Part shown: in pieces, positions 11,347 through 19,903 of the stretch | Layout of the letters: each line of letters starts with the position of its first letter | Position numbering within the stretch: the first letter of the stretch is position 1 | DNA from: Bacillota bacterium | GTDB taxonomy: Bacteria > Bacillota > DTU065 | DNA length: 64,000 bases | Direction of reading: 5' to 3' | Assembly: GCA_036721855.1 (NCBI GenBank) | Contig: DAIMKF010000006.1 | Location: 758 to 64,757 of the forward strand | Translations under genes and position numbers: made by a program | Notes under the pieces: generated by a model | Told to the model about the DNA's origin: nothing | Seen by the model: only the letters and a program-made list of their open reading frames with translations | Databases searched by the model: none

Positions 11347-11562
11347 TTACCTCCGATCCCCAAACCCCTTAATAACCAGAAGATATACATCACGCATACC
11401 ACCGATAAAACCAAGCAACATAAAAAGAAGCGGGACCCAATTAGGCCAGTTAAATTTTTTCGTTAAGAAAATACCTAAAAACATACCACCTAAGATAGGC
11501 ATTAAAAGAGCAAACCCAAGGTAGGCTAAAAACACGAACCCTTTTTGGCCTCTATCTTTCAT
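11347..11562 (-). CDS. AtpZ/AtpR-like small two-TM protein preceding atpI
   Basis: 71 aa with two TM helices (FVFLAYLGFALLMPILGGMFLGIFL, VPLLFMLLGFIGG), first gene of the operon. Resembles the small 'ATPase gene 1' family. Confidence 0.5.
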   Translation of the reverse strand: MKDRGQKGFVFLAYLGFALLMPILGGMFLGIFLTKKFNWPNWVPLLFMLLGFIGGMRDVYLLVIKGFGDRR

Positions 11563-11642
11563 GTTTTTTACCCCCCTCTAAATTAAAAGCGAGTTTGGTA
11601 TATGTTATTTTTAGCTTAACATACTAAAACCTAATCTTCTTT

Positions 11643-11671
11643 AATATACCAAAATAACCAAGCTTTAGCAA
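11643..11671 (-). promoter_or_regulatory. Putative sigma-A-type promoter of the atp operon
   Basis: Minus strand: TTGCTA (11666-11671), 17 nt, TATATT (11643-11648), about 80 nt upstream of atpZ. Confidence 0.35.
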
Positions 11672-11841
11672 TTGCAGCCGAGTAGATAAGTGTTACTAGC
11701 TGGATATTTCCTTAAAATTAGTTCCTTAGGAGAAAGTATTAATTAGGCCTATTTTTACCTGGGCTTTATCCCTAACAATTTTAATGAGTAACTTAATATC
11801 TATTCGCTACTTGTTTTGTGAGTTCCTTTATGTTTTTATCT

Positions 11842-11889
11842 AAAATAAAAAAGCGTGAATAGTGGTGTCTCTATCCACTTATTCACGCT
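11842..11889 (-). terminator. Rho-independent terminator after the OPX gene
   Basis: Triple stop TAA TAA TAA, then AGCGTGAATA..GTGG...CCAC..TATTCACGCT, followed by TTTTTTATTTT on the minus strand. Confidence 0.7.
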
Positions 11890-11897
11890 CTTTATTA

Positions 11898-14800
11898 TTA
11901 AAACCAAGCTCGCAATAGATTGCTCAAAGAACTGAGTATGCTAAGATAAGCTGCCATCTCAGTTGGATCTATCTTCTTGCTTCTTGCAACGTAAATTACA
12001 TCACCTGGATAAACTTCGGGATTTTCACTAGCACGTCCTTCAAAGACCAACTTGCCACTACCGGCAGAGATCTTAGTCTCAGCTAAAGGCTCACCGCCCC
12101 TGTAGATCTTTACGTTACCCAAATCAGTGAACTTTGTCGGTCCTCCGGCCATGGCTATCAAATCAATAAGTTTACTTGTCGGAGTAACACTAAAACTGCC
12201 TGGTTTTTCGACTTCACCTAAAACAGTAATGGGTTGAATCTCTCTGACTAGGATTGTTTCATCTCCAAAGAGAGGATGGTTTCCAAGAGGTGCATAACTT
12301 ACTACCTCTCCACGTTTAATTTCAATCTTATTAAGATCGGCGTTGTTTGTGACACCGCCGGCTAAAGCTATAATGGTTGCTAAGTCATCACCTTGTTTAT
12401 AGCTATACAAGCCAGGCCTTTGAACTTGCCCAAAAACTAGAATCTCCTTCCTAGCTTTGGGAATAAAGATTACTTCTCCCCCATTGAGAGTTAGGTTGCT
12501 TACGTCGGTCGGATCATTAACTGCTTGAGCAATATTAAGATTAGTAAATTGATCCTTTGTACGCAAAGAAATATCATAAGCAGCCTGATCTGTTAGACCA
12601 CCGGCTAAGCCAATAATATCCAACAATTTTTGCCCTTTGGCCATTGTATATAGACCGGGGTGAGTTATTTCACCCATAACTAATACATCTTTCTGCCATT
12701 CGGGAATTTCCAAAATATCGCCACCATAAAGTAGCTCATTATAAGACCAGTCGACCTGTTTTCTGACACCATCTCTAATAATAACAGCATTTTCTAAATC
12801 ACTTCTATCGGTTTGGCCACCGGCCATAGCCAGAGCATCACGTACTGAAAAACCTTCCTGCCAATTGTAACTACCCGGTCTTGCTACCATACCAAGTACC
12901 ACAATCCTCTGGTTGGATGCGCCAATAAATAGAGATTCTCCGCCTGTGAGCTTTTCTCTGGCATTTATTTCGACTTCTCTGGATTGACCATCTGCAATAA
13001 TTGTAACGGTTTTGGCTGCATCAGGCTCTAAGCCACCGGCTAAAGCAATTGCATCGGCAACAGCTAGACCTTTTTTTAACTCATATGAACCTGGTCTAAC
13101 AACTTTGCCCGCAATAATTATTTCTTTTATTTCAGGTATAAAGATCTTGTCACCTAGTTCAATAACTTTGGCCCCTAAATCAGTTAAAGAGCCTTCAAAA
13201 ACTGTATTTTCTCTCTCTAAGCGAATCCTATTTTCATCTGCTTTTGTAGAAAGCCCTCCACAAAGGGCAATCACTTCTAAAAGTGTTTGACCCTCTTTTA
13301 AGGTTAAACTGCTAGGATTACGTACAGCACCTAAAACTATAACCGGGCTTTTTTGTGGTATATAAATTGTTGTACCTGCAGGTATTGTTATATCTTTTTT
13401 GCTATCGGTAAAAATACTTTGCAGGTCAACTCTGTTTTCTCCGACCAAAACAGCTTTGAGATTGGCTGTTTCTTTGGGTCCACCTGCCAAAGCCAAAGCA
13501 CTAAGAATAGTCTGTCCATCTTGATAGTTATAGCTACCGGGTTTTGCTACTTCACCTAAGACTAAAATCATTTCGGCGGAAGTCCCTACAAAGAGGGATT
13601 CTCCACCTAATAACATATCCCGTGAGTTAACTGGGACCTGATAGGTCTGTCCATCTCTAAATAGAGAAACTTTGTTGGCTGCATCACTTAAAAGACCACC
13701 TGCCAAAGCTAAGGCATCTGCAACTGTAAGTCCGGACTTTATCTCATACGAGCCTGGCTTTACAACTCTGCCTGCAACCACAACCTGTTTTTTCTCAAAA
13801 ACAGTAATTGTATCGCCATACTCTACTTCTTTGATGCCAAGTTCTGCTAACGGCCCTTCTAAAGTCTCGCCTTCTCGTTTTAGAGATATTCTTTCAGGAT
13901 CAGCTCTTTCGGTAAGCCCTCCTGAGATAGCAATCATTTCTAGGATTGTCTGACCTTCTTGCGGTATAATACTACCTGGATTTTTTACAAACCCTAAAAC
14001 CAAAACCGGACTCTTCTTGGGTATATAAATTGTTGTACCGACAGTTAGGTTAATATCTTTTTTAGGTTCTGCAAACAACTCAAGTACATCAACTTTTATA
14101 TTGTTGATTAATACATCTTTTAAATTAGCATTGTTTGTAGGTCCACCTGCTAGAGCTAAGGCACCTAAAAGAGTCTGTGCCTGTGAATAGGTATAGTTAC
14201 CTGGCTTTGCTACTTCACCTAATATTAAGATCATATCTTTGGCCATATCTATAAATAAAGATTCTCCGCCTTGAAGCGGGTCTCTGGCCTTGGTAAAAGT
14301 CTCATAACTTATTCCTGAATGAAAAACAGTTACTTTACTAGAAGCATCCGGTAACAGGCCTCCGGCTAAAGCTATGACATCAGCTACACTCATACCGTCT
14401 TTTATCTGGTAGGCACCGGGACGGACAACCTTGCCTGCAATAACTACCTGTTTCTTTTCAGCAACAATAATGACATCGCCAAGTTGAACTTTTTTGTCAT
14501 CTAATTCGCTGAAAGAACTTTCAAAAATAGTACCGTCTCTATTAACGCGGATGTCATTTTCATCGGCATTAACTGTTAAGCCACCAGCTAAAGCTATAAC
14601 ATCTAAAATAGTTAGTTCTTCGGTTTGGATATAAGTACCCGGATTTTTTACCGCACCCAAAACTAAAATAGGTCTTGCCGCTGGAAGATTAATCGTCTCA
14701 CCAGCTGTAAGCTTTTGGTCTAGTTGTGGGTTTTTAAGTATGAAATCTAAATCTATTTGCTTGTCTCCTAGCTGAAGATTTTTTAGATTAGCTGTTGGTA

Positions 14801-15206
14801 ATGGACCTCCAGCCATGGCCAAAGCATCTAAAAGAGTACTTCCTACCTCTAAATTATAAAAACCAGGTTTAGCAACTTGTCCTAAAATTTGCACTCGGAA
14901 AGTACGATATTTAATAATTTGCACTGTAACTAATGGTTCTCTAATATATGGCTCAAATCTATGTGCTATCTCTGTTTCGACCTCAGTTAGAGTCAAGTTG
15001 TTAACATCAAGTTGACCGGCCAAAGGAATAGCTATACGGCCGTCGGGACCTACTATTACTTCTGTTTTAAACTCCGGTCTTTCCCACACGGTGATTAAAA
15101 GATTGTCTCCAGGCCCTAATCTGTATAAATCAGCAGACCAGACACTACCAGTTAGTAATAAAAATAATAACAGAAAGAAACTACACAATTTGAACCTTTT
15201 GTGCAT
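11898..15206 (-). CDS. Outer-membrane polysaccharide export (OPX/Wza-like) protein with about 13 SLBB domains
   Basis: Signal peptide. N-terminal Poly_export-like region (YRLGPGDNLLITVWERPEF...VGPDGRIAIPLAGQLDV). Thirteen recurrences of the SLBB signature V.GxV..PG.Y......T..DA.A.AGG. Confidence 0.8.
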   Translation of the reverse strand: MHKRFKLCSFFLLLFLLLTGSVWSADLYRLGPGDNLLITVWERPEFKTEVIVGPDGRIAIPLAGQLDVNNLTLTEVETEIAHRFEPYIREPLVTVQIIKYRTFRVQILGQVAKPGFYNLEVGSTLLDALAMAGGPLPTANLKNLQLGDKQIDLDFILKNPQLDQKLTAGETINLPAARPILVLGAVKNPGTYIQTEELTILDVIALAGGLTVNADENDIRVNRDGTIFESSFSELDDKKVQLGDVIIVAEKKQVVIAGKVVRPGAYQIKDGMSVADVIALAGGLLPDASSKVTVFHSGISYETFTKARDPLQGGESLFIDMAKDMILILGEVAKPGNYTYSQAQTLLGALALAGGPTNNANLKDVLINNIKVDVLELFAEPKKDINLTVGTTIYIPKKSPVLVLGFVKNPGSIIPQEGQTILEMIAISGGLTERADPERISLKREGETLEGPLAELGIKEVEYGDTITVFEKKQVVVAGRVVKPGSYEIKSGLTVADALALAGGLLSDAANKVSLFRDGQTYQVPVNSRDMLLGGESLFVGTSAEMILVLGEVAKPGSYNYQDGQTILSALALAGGPKETANLKAVLVGENRVDLQSIFTDSKKDITIPAGTTIYIPQKSPVIVLGAVRNPSSLTLKEGQTLLEVIALCGGLSTKADENRIRLERENTVFEGSLTDLGAKVIELGDKIFIPEIKEIIIAGKVVRPGSYELKKGLAVADAIALAGGLEPDAAKTVTIIADGQSREVEINAREKLTGGESLFIGASNQRIVVLGMVARPGSYNWQEGFSVRDALAMAGGQTDRSDLENAVIIRDGVRKQVDWSYNELLYGGDILEIPEWQKDVLVMGEITHPGLYTMAKGQKLLDIIGLAGGLTDQAAYDISLRTKDQFTNLNIAQAVNDPTDVSNLTLNGGEVIFIPKARKEILVFGQVQRPGLYSYKQGDDLATIIALAGGVTNNADLNKIEIKRGEVVSYAPLGNHPLFGDETILVREIQPITVLGEVEKPGSFSVTPTSKLIDLIAMAGGPTKFTDLGNVKIYRGGEPLAETKISAGSGKLVFEGRASENPEVYPGDVIYVARSKKIDPTEMAAYLSILSSLSNLLRAWF
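12694..14682 (-). repeat. Intragenic higher-order tandem repeat, 663-bp (221-aa, three-SLBB) unit
   Basis: ggtatataaattgttgtacc occurs at 13357 and again at 14020, exactly 663 bp apart. The protein units QVVIAGKVVRPGAYQIKDG... and QVVVAGRVVKPGSYEIKSG... align over about 220 aa, with more diverged copies on both sides. Confidence 0.6.
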
Positions 15207-15300
15207 TATTCTACCTCCATGTTTCGAAACTTCCTATCTGCTTCTTTTAGTTTCAACACTTACATATTAATTCCTGCACTGTAATTTATTACATTTAATT

Positions 15301-15328
15301 AGAGCCACTGATTTTTTTCAGCGGCTCT
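15301..15328. other. Stem-loop between the secreted repeat-protein gene and the OPX gene
   Basis: AGAGCCACTGA (15301-15311) pairs with TCAGCGGCTCT (15318-15328), an 11-bp stem with one G-U. The T-rich tail is on the plus strand only, so it may not terminate minus-strand transcripts efficiently. Confidence 0.35.
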
Positions 15329-15345
15329 TTATCTTTTGAACTCAC

Positions 15346-16260
15346 CTAAAAATAAACACCTGTAACCAATATGTCGTATCTTATTTCTAATGAAAGTTTG
15401 GTTCCACTTGGAATAATAAGTTCTTTACCTTTTACAAAAAATCCTGTAGCTAAGCTACCTTGATTGAAAATGACTGCTCCATCCACAGAAGGAGTTGCCA
15501 CAACACCTTGGGTTTTTGAGTTAAATTCTTTGATGGTTCTGTCGGTCATTCCTACTTTAAGATTAGTTTCGTCGATAGCTTCAAGACCAGTAAAAGATAC
15601 CTCGATACTACCACCTTTACCAAGGTTACCCGATGGTGAGACATTAAGAACTGATCCTCGGCCTTGCCGACCGGCAGGAATAACAACTCTGTCATTCACC
15701 TTAACATCCTCAACAACGGTATAGCTTACAACTGCCCCAGCTTTAGTATTTTCAGAATCTAGAATTGTATCTAATTGGATTTTCACTAAAGTCCCGGCTG
15801 GCATTTTTACACTCTCGGTCTTAAAGCTGCCGGAGGGAAAAATGTCCTTGCTGATTGTATTAACTCGCGAAAAAATTGTGCCTCTGTTTAATCCGCCATA
15901 AAATTGCTGTTCAATTTCATTTAATCGCGTGATAACAGAACTGCTAGAAAACTTCTGAAATAATGCCCATTCAATAACATTGAGTCTAAGTGCCACCGAA
16001 CCTTCAGGAAAACTTTCTCCCTTGACATAATTATAAGCGTTAGATAAACGAGGAACAAAAGCATCTTCTTTAATTTCACCGAAAATATCTTGTTCAATAC
16101 GGCTTAATCTAGTAGCAAATGGACCTGTGTCGGATTCACCATATAGTAATTTTTCAATTTCTACAAGAGCTTGCTGGGGAGGTGGCATTTCCACAGCTAA
16201 TGATGTGAAAGGCATGATAAAAAACAATGACATTAATAAGAAAACTGTCAATTTCCTCAT
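15346..16260 (-). CDS. Secreted protein: about six 20-aa repeats (RL..IE...FG) plus a C-terminal beta-rich domain
   Basis: Signal peptide (FIMPFTSLAVE). Repeats include RLSRIEQDIFG, RLNVIEWALFQ, RLNEIEQQFYG and RVNTISKDIF. C-terminal MPAGTLVKIQLDTILDSENTKAGAVVSYTVVEDVKVNDRVVIPAGRQGRGSV resembles the TrbI/VirB10-type pattern by eye. Confidence 0.45.
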   Translation of the reverse strand: MRKLTVFLLMSLFFIMPFTSLAVEMPPPQQALVEIEKLLYGESDTGPFATRLSRIEQDIFGEIKEDAFVPRLSNAYNYVKGESFPEGSVALRLNVIEWALFQKFSSSSVITRLNEIEQQFYGGLNRGTIFSRVNTISKDIFPSGSFKTESVKMPAGTLVKIQLDTILDSENTKAGAVVSYTVVEDVKVNDRVVIPAGRQGRGSVLNVSPSGNLGKGGSIEVSFTGLEAIDETNLKVGMTDRTIKEFNSKTQGVVATPSVDGAVIFNQGSLATGFFVKGKELIIPSGTKLSLEIRYDILVTGVYF

Positions 16261-16275
16261 ATCAAGATCCTCCTT

Positions 16276-17523
16276 TTAAAACTGGATACTAATTTCTGCA
16301 GTAGCTAAGTTTTCATCAGCTGTCTTGCCTGTGCTTTTTTCGGAAGAAGTTACCAAACGATAAGCTAAGTTAATATAAGTACTATTGCTAAAGTCATAAC
16401 CAAGTTTTAAATTGGCAGTATTACTTTCTTTTTCATTTTCTCGATTATAGTATTGATAATCAGCTTCAATACTTGCCTGAAGAATATCAATTTTGATACC
16501 TGCAGTTGCACCTTTTGTTGTAGCAAGTCCTTTTTCATTATCCTTAACTCCACCATAGAGCAAGCCAGCTTTTAATGTTGCCCACTGCCATATAGGAATC
16601 CCTACAACCAAAGAAGTTACCTGTGGCACCTCAATTTTTTCTTTACTAGTTGGAGGTATGGCAAAAGGTGGTTCAGGATTATAGATTTTACTTCCATCTT
16701 CGGTTATATAAGAATATAAAGGGCTATCTAAATAAGTAGCTAGTTCAATTTCGCCTAGTTTTACTGTAAAACCCAATTCAGGAATATTAAACGGTTTACT
16801 GCCAAGCCAGCTTTTTCTGGTGTTATAACTAGCCCCTAATTCGACAGGACCAACCTTCCATGCAGCTTGAAATCTATAAGGCTGTGTTTGTGAGCTAGAC
16901 ACAGCTCCACCTAAAGATACCTGGCCTAACTGAACTTCACCAGCAAGCTCATATTTGCCAAGTTGTGACATGTTTATATAATCCAGTCTAAATCTTGCCC
17001 AGTCAGCTAGCTCTTCAGTATAACTGGCTACAAATGGTTTAATCATTTCTGTGAATGTCTGTGCTAACTCACTATCTGCATTCCATAGACTATATAGTGC
17101 GACTTGGTTTTTTTCTTGATATACAGCAAACTGACCAAAATAAAAACCATAACCAAGATCATTAAGCTCGTTGCGATATTTATAAGTTAACCCCATTAAT
17201 GTTTGAACAGTTTCGGTAGTTAAATTAGGACAACGTGCTGTAATCTCAGGTATTTCATTAATAAGTGCCGGTAGATTAACTACTAGGCGTTCATAGTTGC
17301 CATCAAGATTAAAACCTGTGACTCTTTTCCATGCTCTGCCGACAAGATTTGCCAGTTCATAAGGACTGGTATTTTCGGCTTTTAAAATCGCACTCGCTTC
17401 CTGTGGTTGCAAAAGCCCTGAAACAACTAAGATATTAAGTTCATTTTTCTCGTTTTTGGCTAGAACAAGCCCTGAACATATGGTAGCAATAACCAATATA
17501 AGGGCGGTAAAATTGTTCTTCAT
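16276..17523 (-). CDS. Putative outer-membrane protein: N-terminal soluble domain plus C-terminal beta-barrel
   Basis: Signal peptide. Alternating hydrophobic beta-strand pattern in the C-terminal ~230 aa. Terminal ...AEISIQF matches the aromatic C-terminal OMP signature. Confidence 0.5.
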   Translation of the reverse strand: MKNNFTALILVIATICSGLVLAKNEKNELNILVVSGLLQPQEASAILKAENTSPYELANLVGRAWKRVTGFNLDGNYERLVVNLPALINEIPEITARCPNLTTETVQTLMGLTYKYRNELNDLGYGFYFGQFAVYQEKNQVALYSLWNADSELAQTFTEMIKPFVASYTEELADWARFRLDYINMSQLGKYELAGEVQLGQVSLGGAVSSSQTQPYRFQAAWKVGPVELGASYNTRKSWLGSKPFNIPELGFTVKLGEIELATYLDSPLYSYITEDGSKIYNPEPPFAIPPTSKEKIEVPQVTSLVVGIPIWQWATLKAGLLYGGVKDNEKGLATTKGATAGIKIDILQASIEADYQYYNRENEKESNTANLKLGYDFSNSTYINLAYRLVTSSEKSTGKTADENLATAEISIQF

Positions 17524-17581
17524 AAATATTCCACCCTCTTAAACTTAATAATAAAAAGAATAAGGACATTTAAAATTTCTC

Positions 17582-18016
17582 TTAACAGTCAGGATTTTCC
17601 TTCTTAGGATAATCATTATTCTCTGTGCTTGCTCTGGCTTTTTGAATATATCTTTTCACTAAAACTCTTGCTGCATAGTCATCAATTGGACGTTTGGGGA
17701 AGCGTAACCCATATGGTAAAATAACCTGCCAACCATACCCATTCTCTTCAAAATAGAGTTTTCTTGCTTCCAAGGTTGAAAAACTTTCTGGCATCACTAC
17801 AAACTTGTTTCCCATACCCTTCAATATTTCAATGTACTTTTTAGAAGTTGTACCGTCACCTATAATGACAGTAAGTTCTCTTTTTTTTATAAGATCTTTT
17901 AATTCTTCTTCTAATTCGAGTGCCGGGACAATCTTTTGTAACACTACTTTACCCTGACTATCTGTTAAGGCCAGACCGCATTTATCTTTGCCCGGATCTA
18001 TTCCTAAAAAGTACAT
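17582..18016 (-). CDS. YqgF/RuvX-like RNase H-fold nuclease paralog
   Basis: LGIDPGKDKCGLAL (catalytic Asp region), VIIGDGTTS, ESFSTLEARKLYFE and IDDYAARVLVKRYI parallel the YqgF motifs (DERLST.EA..., .D..AA.IIL..Y). Confidence 0.6.
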   Translation of the reverse strand: MYFLGIDPGKDKCGLALTDSQGKVVLQKIVPALELEEELKDLIKKRELTVIIGDGTTSKKYIEILKGMGNKFVVMPESFSTLEARKLYFEENGYGWQVILPYGLRFPKRPIDDYAARVLVKRYIQKARASTENNDYPKKENPDC

Positions 18017-18104
18017 TTTTAGCCCACCTCGCTTAAGTTTTTATCAAAATGAACTTAAGTATTCATGCCATACTAGGTACCTTTATAATTTGGTTCTTAC
18101 TCGT

Positions 18105-18136
18105 TAAAAAAAGCGGTGGCACTGCCACCGCTTTTC
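18105..18136 (-). terminator. Rho-independent terminator after the SLH protein gene
   Basis: AAGCGGTGGCAGTGCCACCGCTTTTTTTAAC on the minus strand, with a GC-rich 9-bp stem. Confidence 0.7.
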
Positions 18137-18150
18137 TCTCTCAGATGTTA

Positions 18151-19257
18151 TTAAATAACAAAACCAACTATTATACCTGCAATACCTGCCAAAAGACCAA
18201 GAATAGCAATTGTTCTTGTGCTCTTGAGGTCCTTTTCCATTTTAATAATCTTATCGTTTTGTTCATCAAGTTTAGTTTGCATGTCGTTAACACGATTGAT
18301 AGTTACATATTTCTTCTCTAAGTCCTCCTGAACATTAGCTATTTTGGCATTACTTTCTTCAATTTTTGAATCTGTGTAGGTAATAGCTTTTGATTCAGCA
18401 GTTTCGACGTTCTCTAAAAGAGTATTAACCTTTGCATTAACCTCTTCTAAATCTTTATCAGTTTCGACAACATACATATCAAACAAGGTAAATATATTTT
18501 CCGATAGAGCTTTGTTGCTTTCGATTCTTTTCCCTAATAAAGTTGTCTCCTCATCAAACTTAATATCCAAGTTATTTATCTCGCTTGACAGCCTCTGGTC
18601 CATAGCTTTTAACTCGTTACCATTTTCCTCATAAAACAATTCAAACAACACAAATAAGTTTTCCGAAAGTTTCTTATTACTTTCGATTCTTTTACCTAAG
18701 AGAGTTATTTCCTCATCAATCTTAATGTCTGTATCTTCGGCCTTTCTCTCTAAAGCGGCTAATTTCTCAGCATATTCACCAATTATTGCCTTAACTTCAT
18801 CTTCTTTTAAACCTACAAGCTCGTGTACTATATGTTTTTCAATGATTTTTTCAACTGGTTTTTCAATATACTCTTTTTCGACGATTTTAGTTACTTCAAC
18901 CGGTTCTTGAACTACTCTATCTACAATTGTCTTTTCAATTATAGGCTGAACAGGTTGATTAACTGTTACAGGTTGCTGAATTATTCTTTCGACGACGGTT
19001 GCCGGTTGTTGTTCTATTCTATCTAAAACTTTGGCCACTAAAACAGCTACAGCATACCTATTCATTGGTTCGCTACCATGATAATTACCATCTGGCATAC
19101 CTGTTATTAAACCTTCGTCAACAAGCTTTGCTACTGCGTCATAAGCCCAGTGATCTGAAGGAATATCAGGAAATTGAGCAGAGACAACAAAGCTAAAACT
19201 CATAATAGTAATTACAACTACTGCCAGAAATTTAGTGACACGCTTTCTCATATGCAT
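18151..19257 (-). CDS. SLH-domain protein with a long coiled coil and a C-terminal transmembrane anchor
   Basis: Signal peptide. One SLH domain (FPDIPSDHWAYDAVAKLVDEGLITGMPDGNYHGSEPMNRYAVAVLVAKV). About 250 aa of heptad-rich sequence with a duplicated ~55-aa unit (KIDEEITLLGKRIESNKKLSENLF / KFDEETTLLGKRIESNKALSENIF). The protein ends in IAILGLLAGIAGIIVGFVI. Confidence 0.8.
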   Translation of the reverse strand: MHMRKRVTKFLAVVVITIMSFSFVVSAQFPDIPSDHWAYDAVAKLVDEGLITGMPDGNYHGSEPMNRYAVAVLVAKVLDRIEQQPATVVERIIQQPVTVNQPVQPIIEKTIVDRVVQEPVEVTKIVEKEYIEKPVEKIIEKHIVHELVGLKEDEVKAIIGEYAEKLAALERKAEDTDIKIDEEITLLGKRIESNKKLSENLFVLFELFYEENGNELKAMDQRLSSEINNLDIKFDEETTLLGKRIESNKALSENIFTLFDMYVVETDKDLEEVNAKVNTLLENVETAESKAITYTDSKIEESNAKIANVQEDLEKKYVTINRVNDMQTKLDEQNDKIIKMEKDLKSTRTIAILGLLAGIAGIIVGFVI

Positions 19258-19552
19258 TTACCCCCTCCGGTTATGTTAAAAATTTCTAATAACTGAGAAC
19301 ATACATAAAATATCTTAACACTGTTCTCAACCTCGAACCCAAAATGATAATACAACTAGATTATTAGCCACCTAAACTACCTATACAATAGTATTCTTCA
19401 GTTCAAAGGGATTTCCTTCCTTTAATCTTGTTTAAATTAAAGACGAGGTCATTTTTTACAGAAACAACAATTTCTGCCATGTATGAGTCCCTAAATCTAG
19501 GAGAGTTAACTCTCCCAGATTAGATATTGCAATGAGCTGGTGGTTTTCTCAG

Positions 19553-19846
19553 TTAGATTCCTTTATAACCAAGTTTGTTAAGTTCCCAAGATACTTCTTT
19601 AATAATGTGTTTAACATCATGTCTTAGATCGGGATATTCTCCTATAAGTCTACCTAAAATAACTGCAAATTCCATTCGGCTTAAATCTGCAAGTTGTAAA
19701 GCTTTTGTATATGTTGGAACTCTAGGCAAGGTGCTAATAATTCGCAAGACCTGTAAACGATAGTTTTTTTGAATAGGTTGAGCACTCGCAAGAATAGAAC
19801 AGAAAAATAAAATAATTAGTACAGTACCAACGGATTTAAGACGCAT
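19553..19846 (-). CDS. Small secreted hypothetical protein
   Basis: Signal peptide (LIILFFCSILASAQP). LSRMEFAVILGRLI is faintly reminiscent of the C-terminal half of an SLH motif. GGGGGG RBS. Confidence 0.4.
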   Translation of the reverse strand: MRLKSVGTVLIILFFCSILASAQPIQKNYRLQVLRIISTLPRVPTYTKALQLADLSRMEFAVILGRLIGEYPDLRHDVKHIIKEVSWELNKLGYKGI

Positions 19847-19903
19847 ATTCTTCCCCCCTTTTTATAAGAATTTTATAAAAAAGAGTAAGAACCTTCTAGA
19901 GTT

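Noticed and set aside
10950-11524. Plus-strand ORFs 10950..11180, 11248..11466 and 11342..11524
   Set aside because: They are antisense to atpI and the atpZ-like gene, with Lys/Pro-rich low-complexity products and no RBS.
13012-13953. Plus-strand ORFs 13012..13290, 13353..13559 and 13672..13953, two of which resemble each other
   Set aside because: They are antisense to the OPX gene. The similarity between 13012.. and 13672.. (…PPAKA.ASAT..P…SYEPG.TTLPA) is simply the mirror image of the 663-bp intragenic repeat. It is useful as confirmation of the repeat but is not a pair of genes.
16276-17523. Considered calling the 415-aa barrel protein OmpM
   Set aside because: OmpM is defined by an N-terminal SLH domain plus a coiled-coil stalk, and no SLH motif is visible in this protein. 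The only SLH domain in the window is in 18151..19257, which lacks a barrel.
18049-19196. Plus-strand ORFs 18049..18321, 18725..18910, 18823..19026 and 18999..19196
   Set aside because: They are antisense to the SLH/coiled-coil gene or span its terminator. Their biased Phe/Asn/Leu or Ser-rich composition reflects the complement of Glu/Lys/Ile-rich coiled-coil codons.
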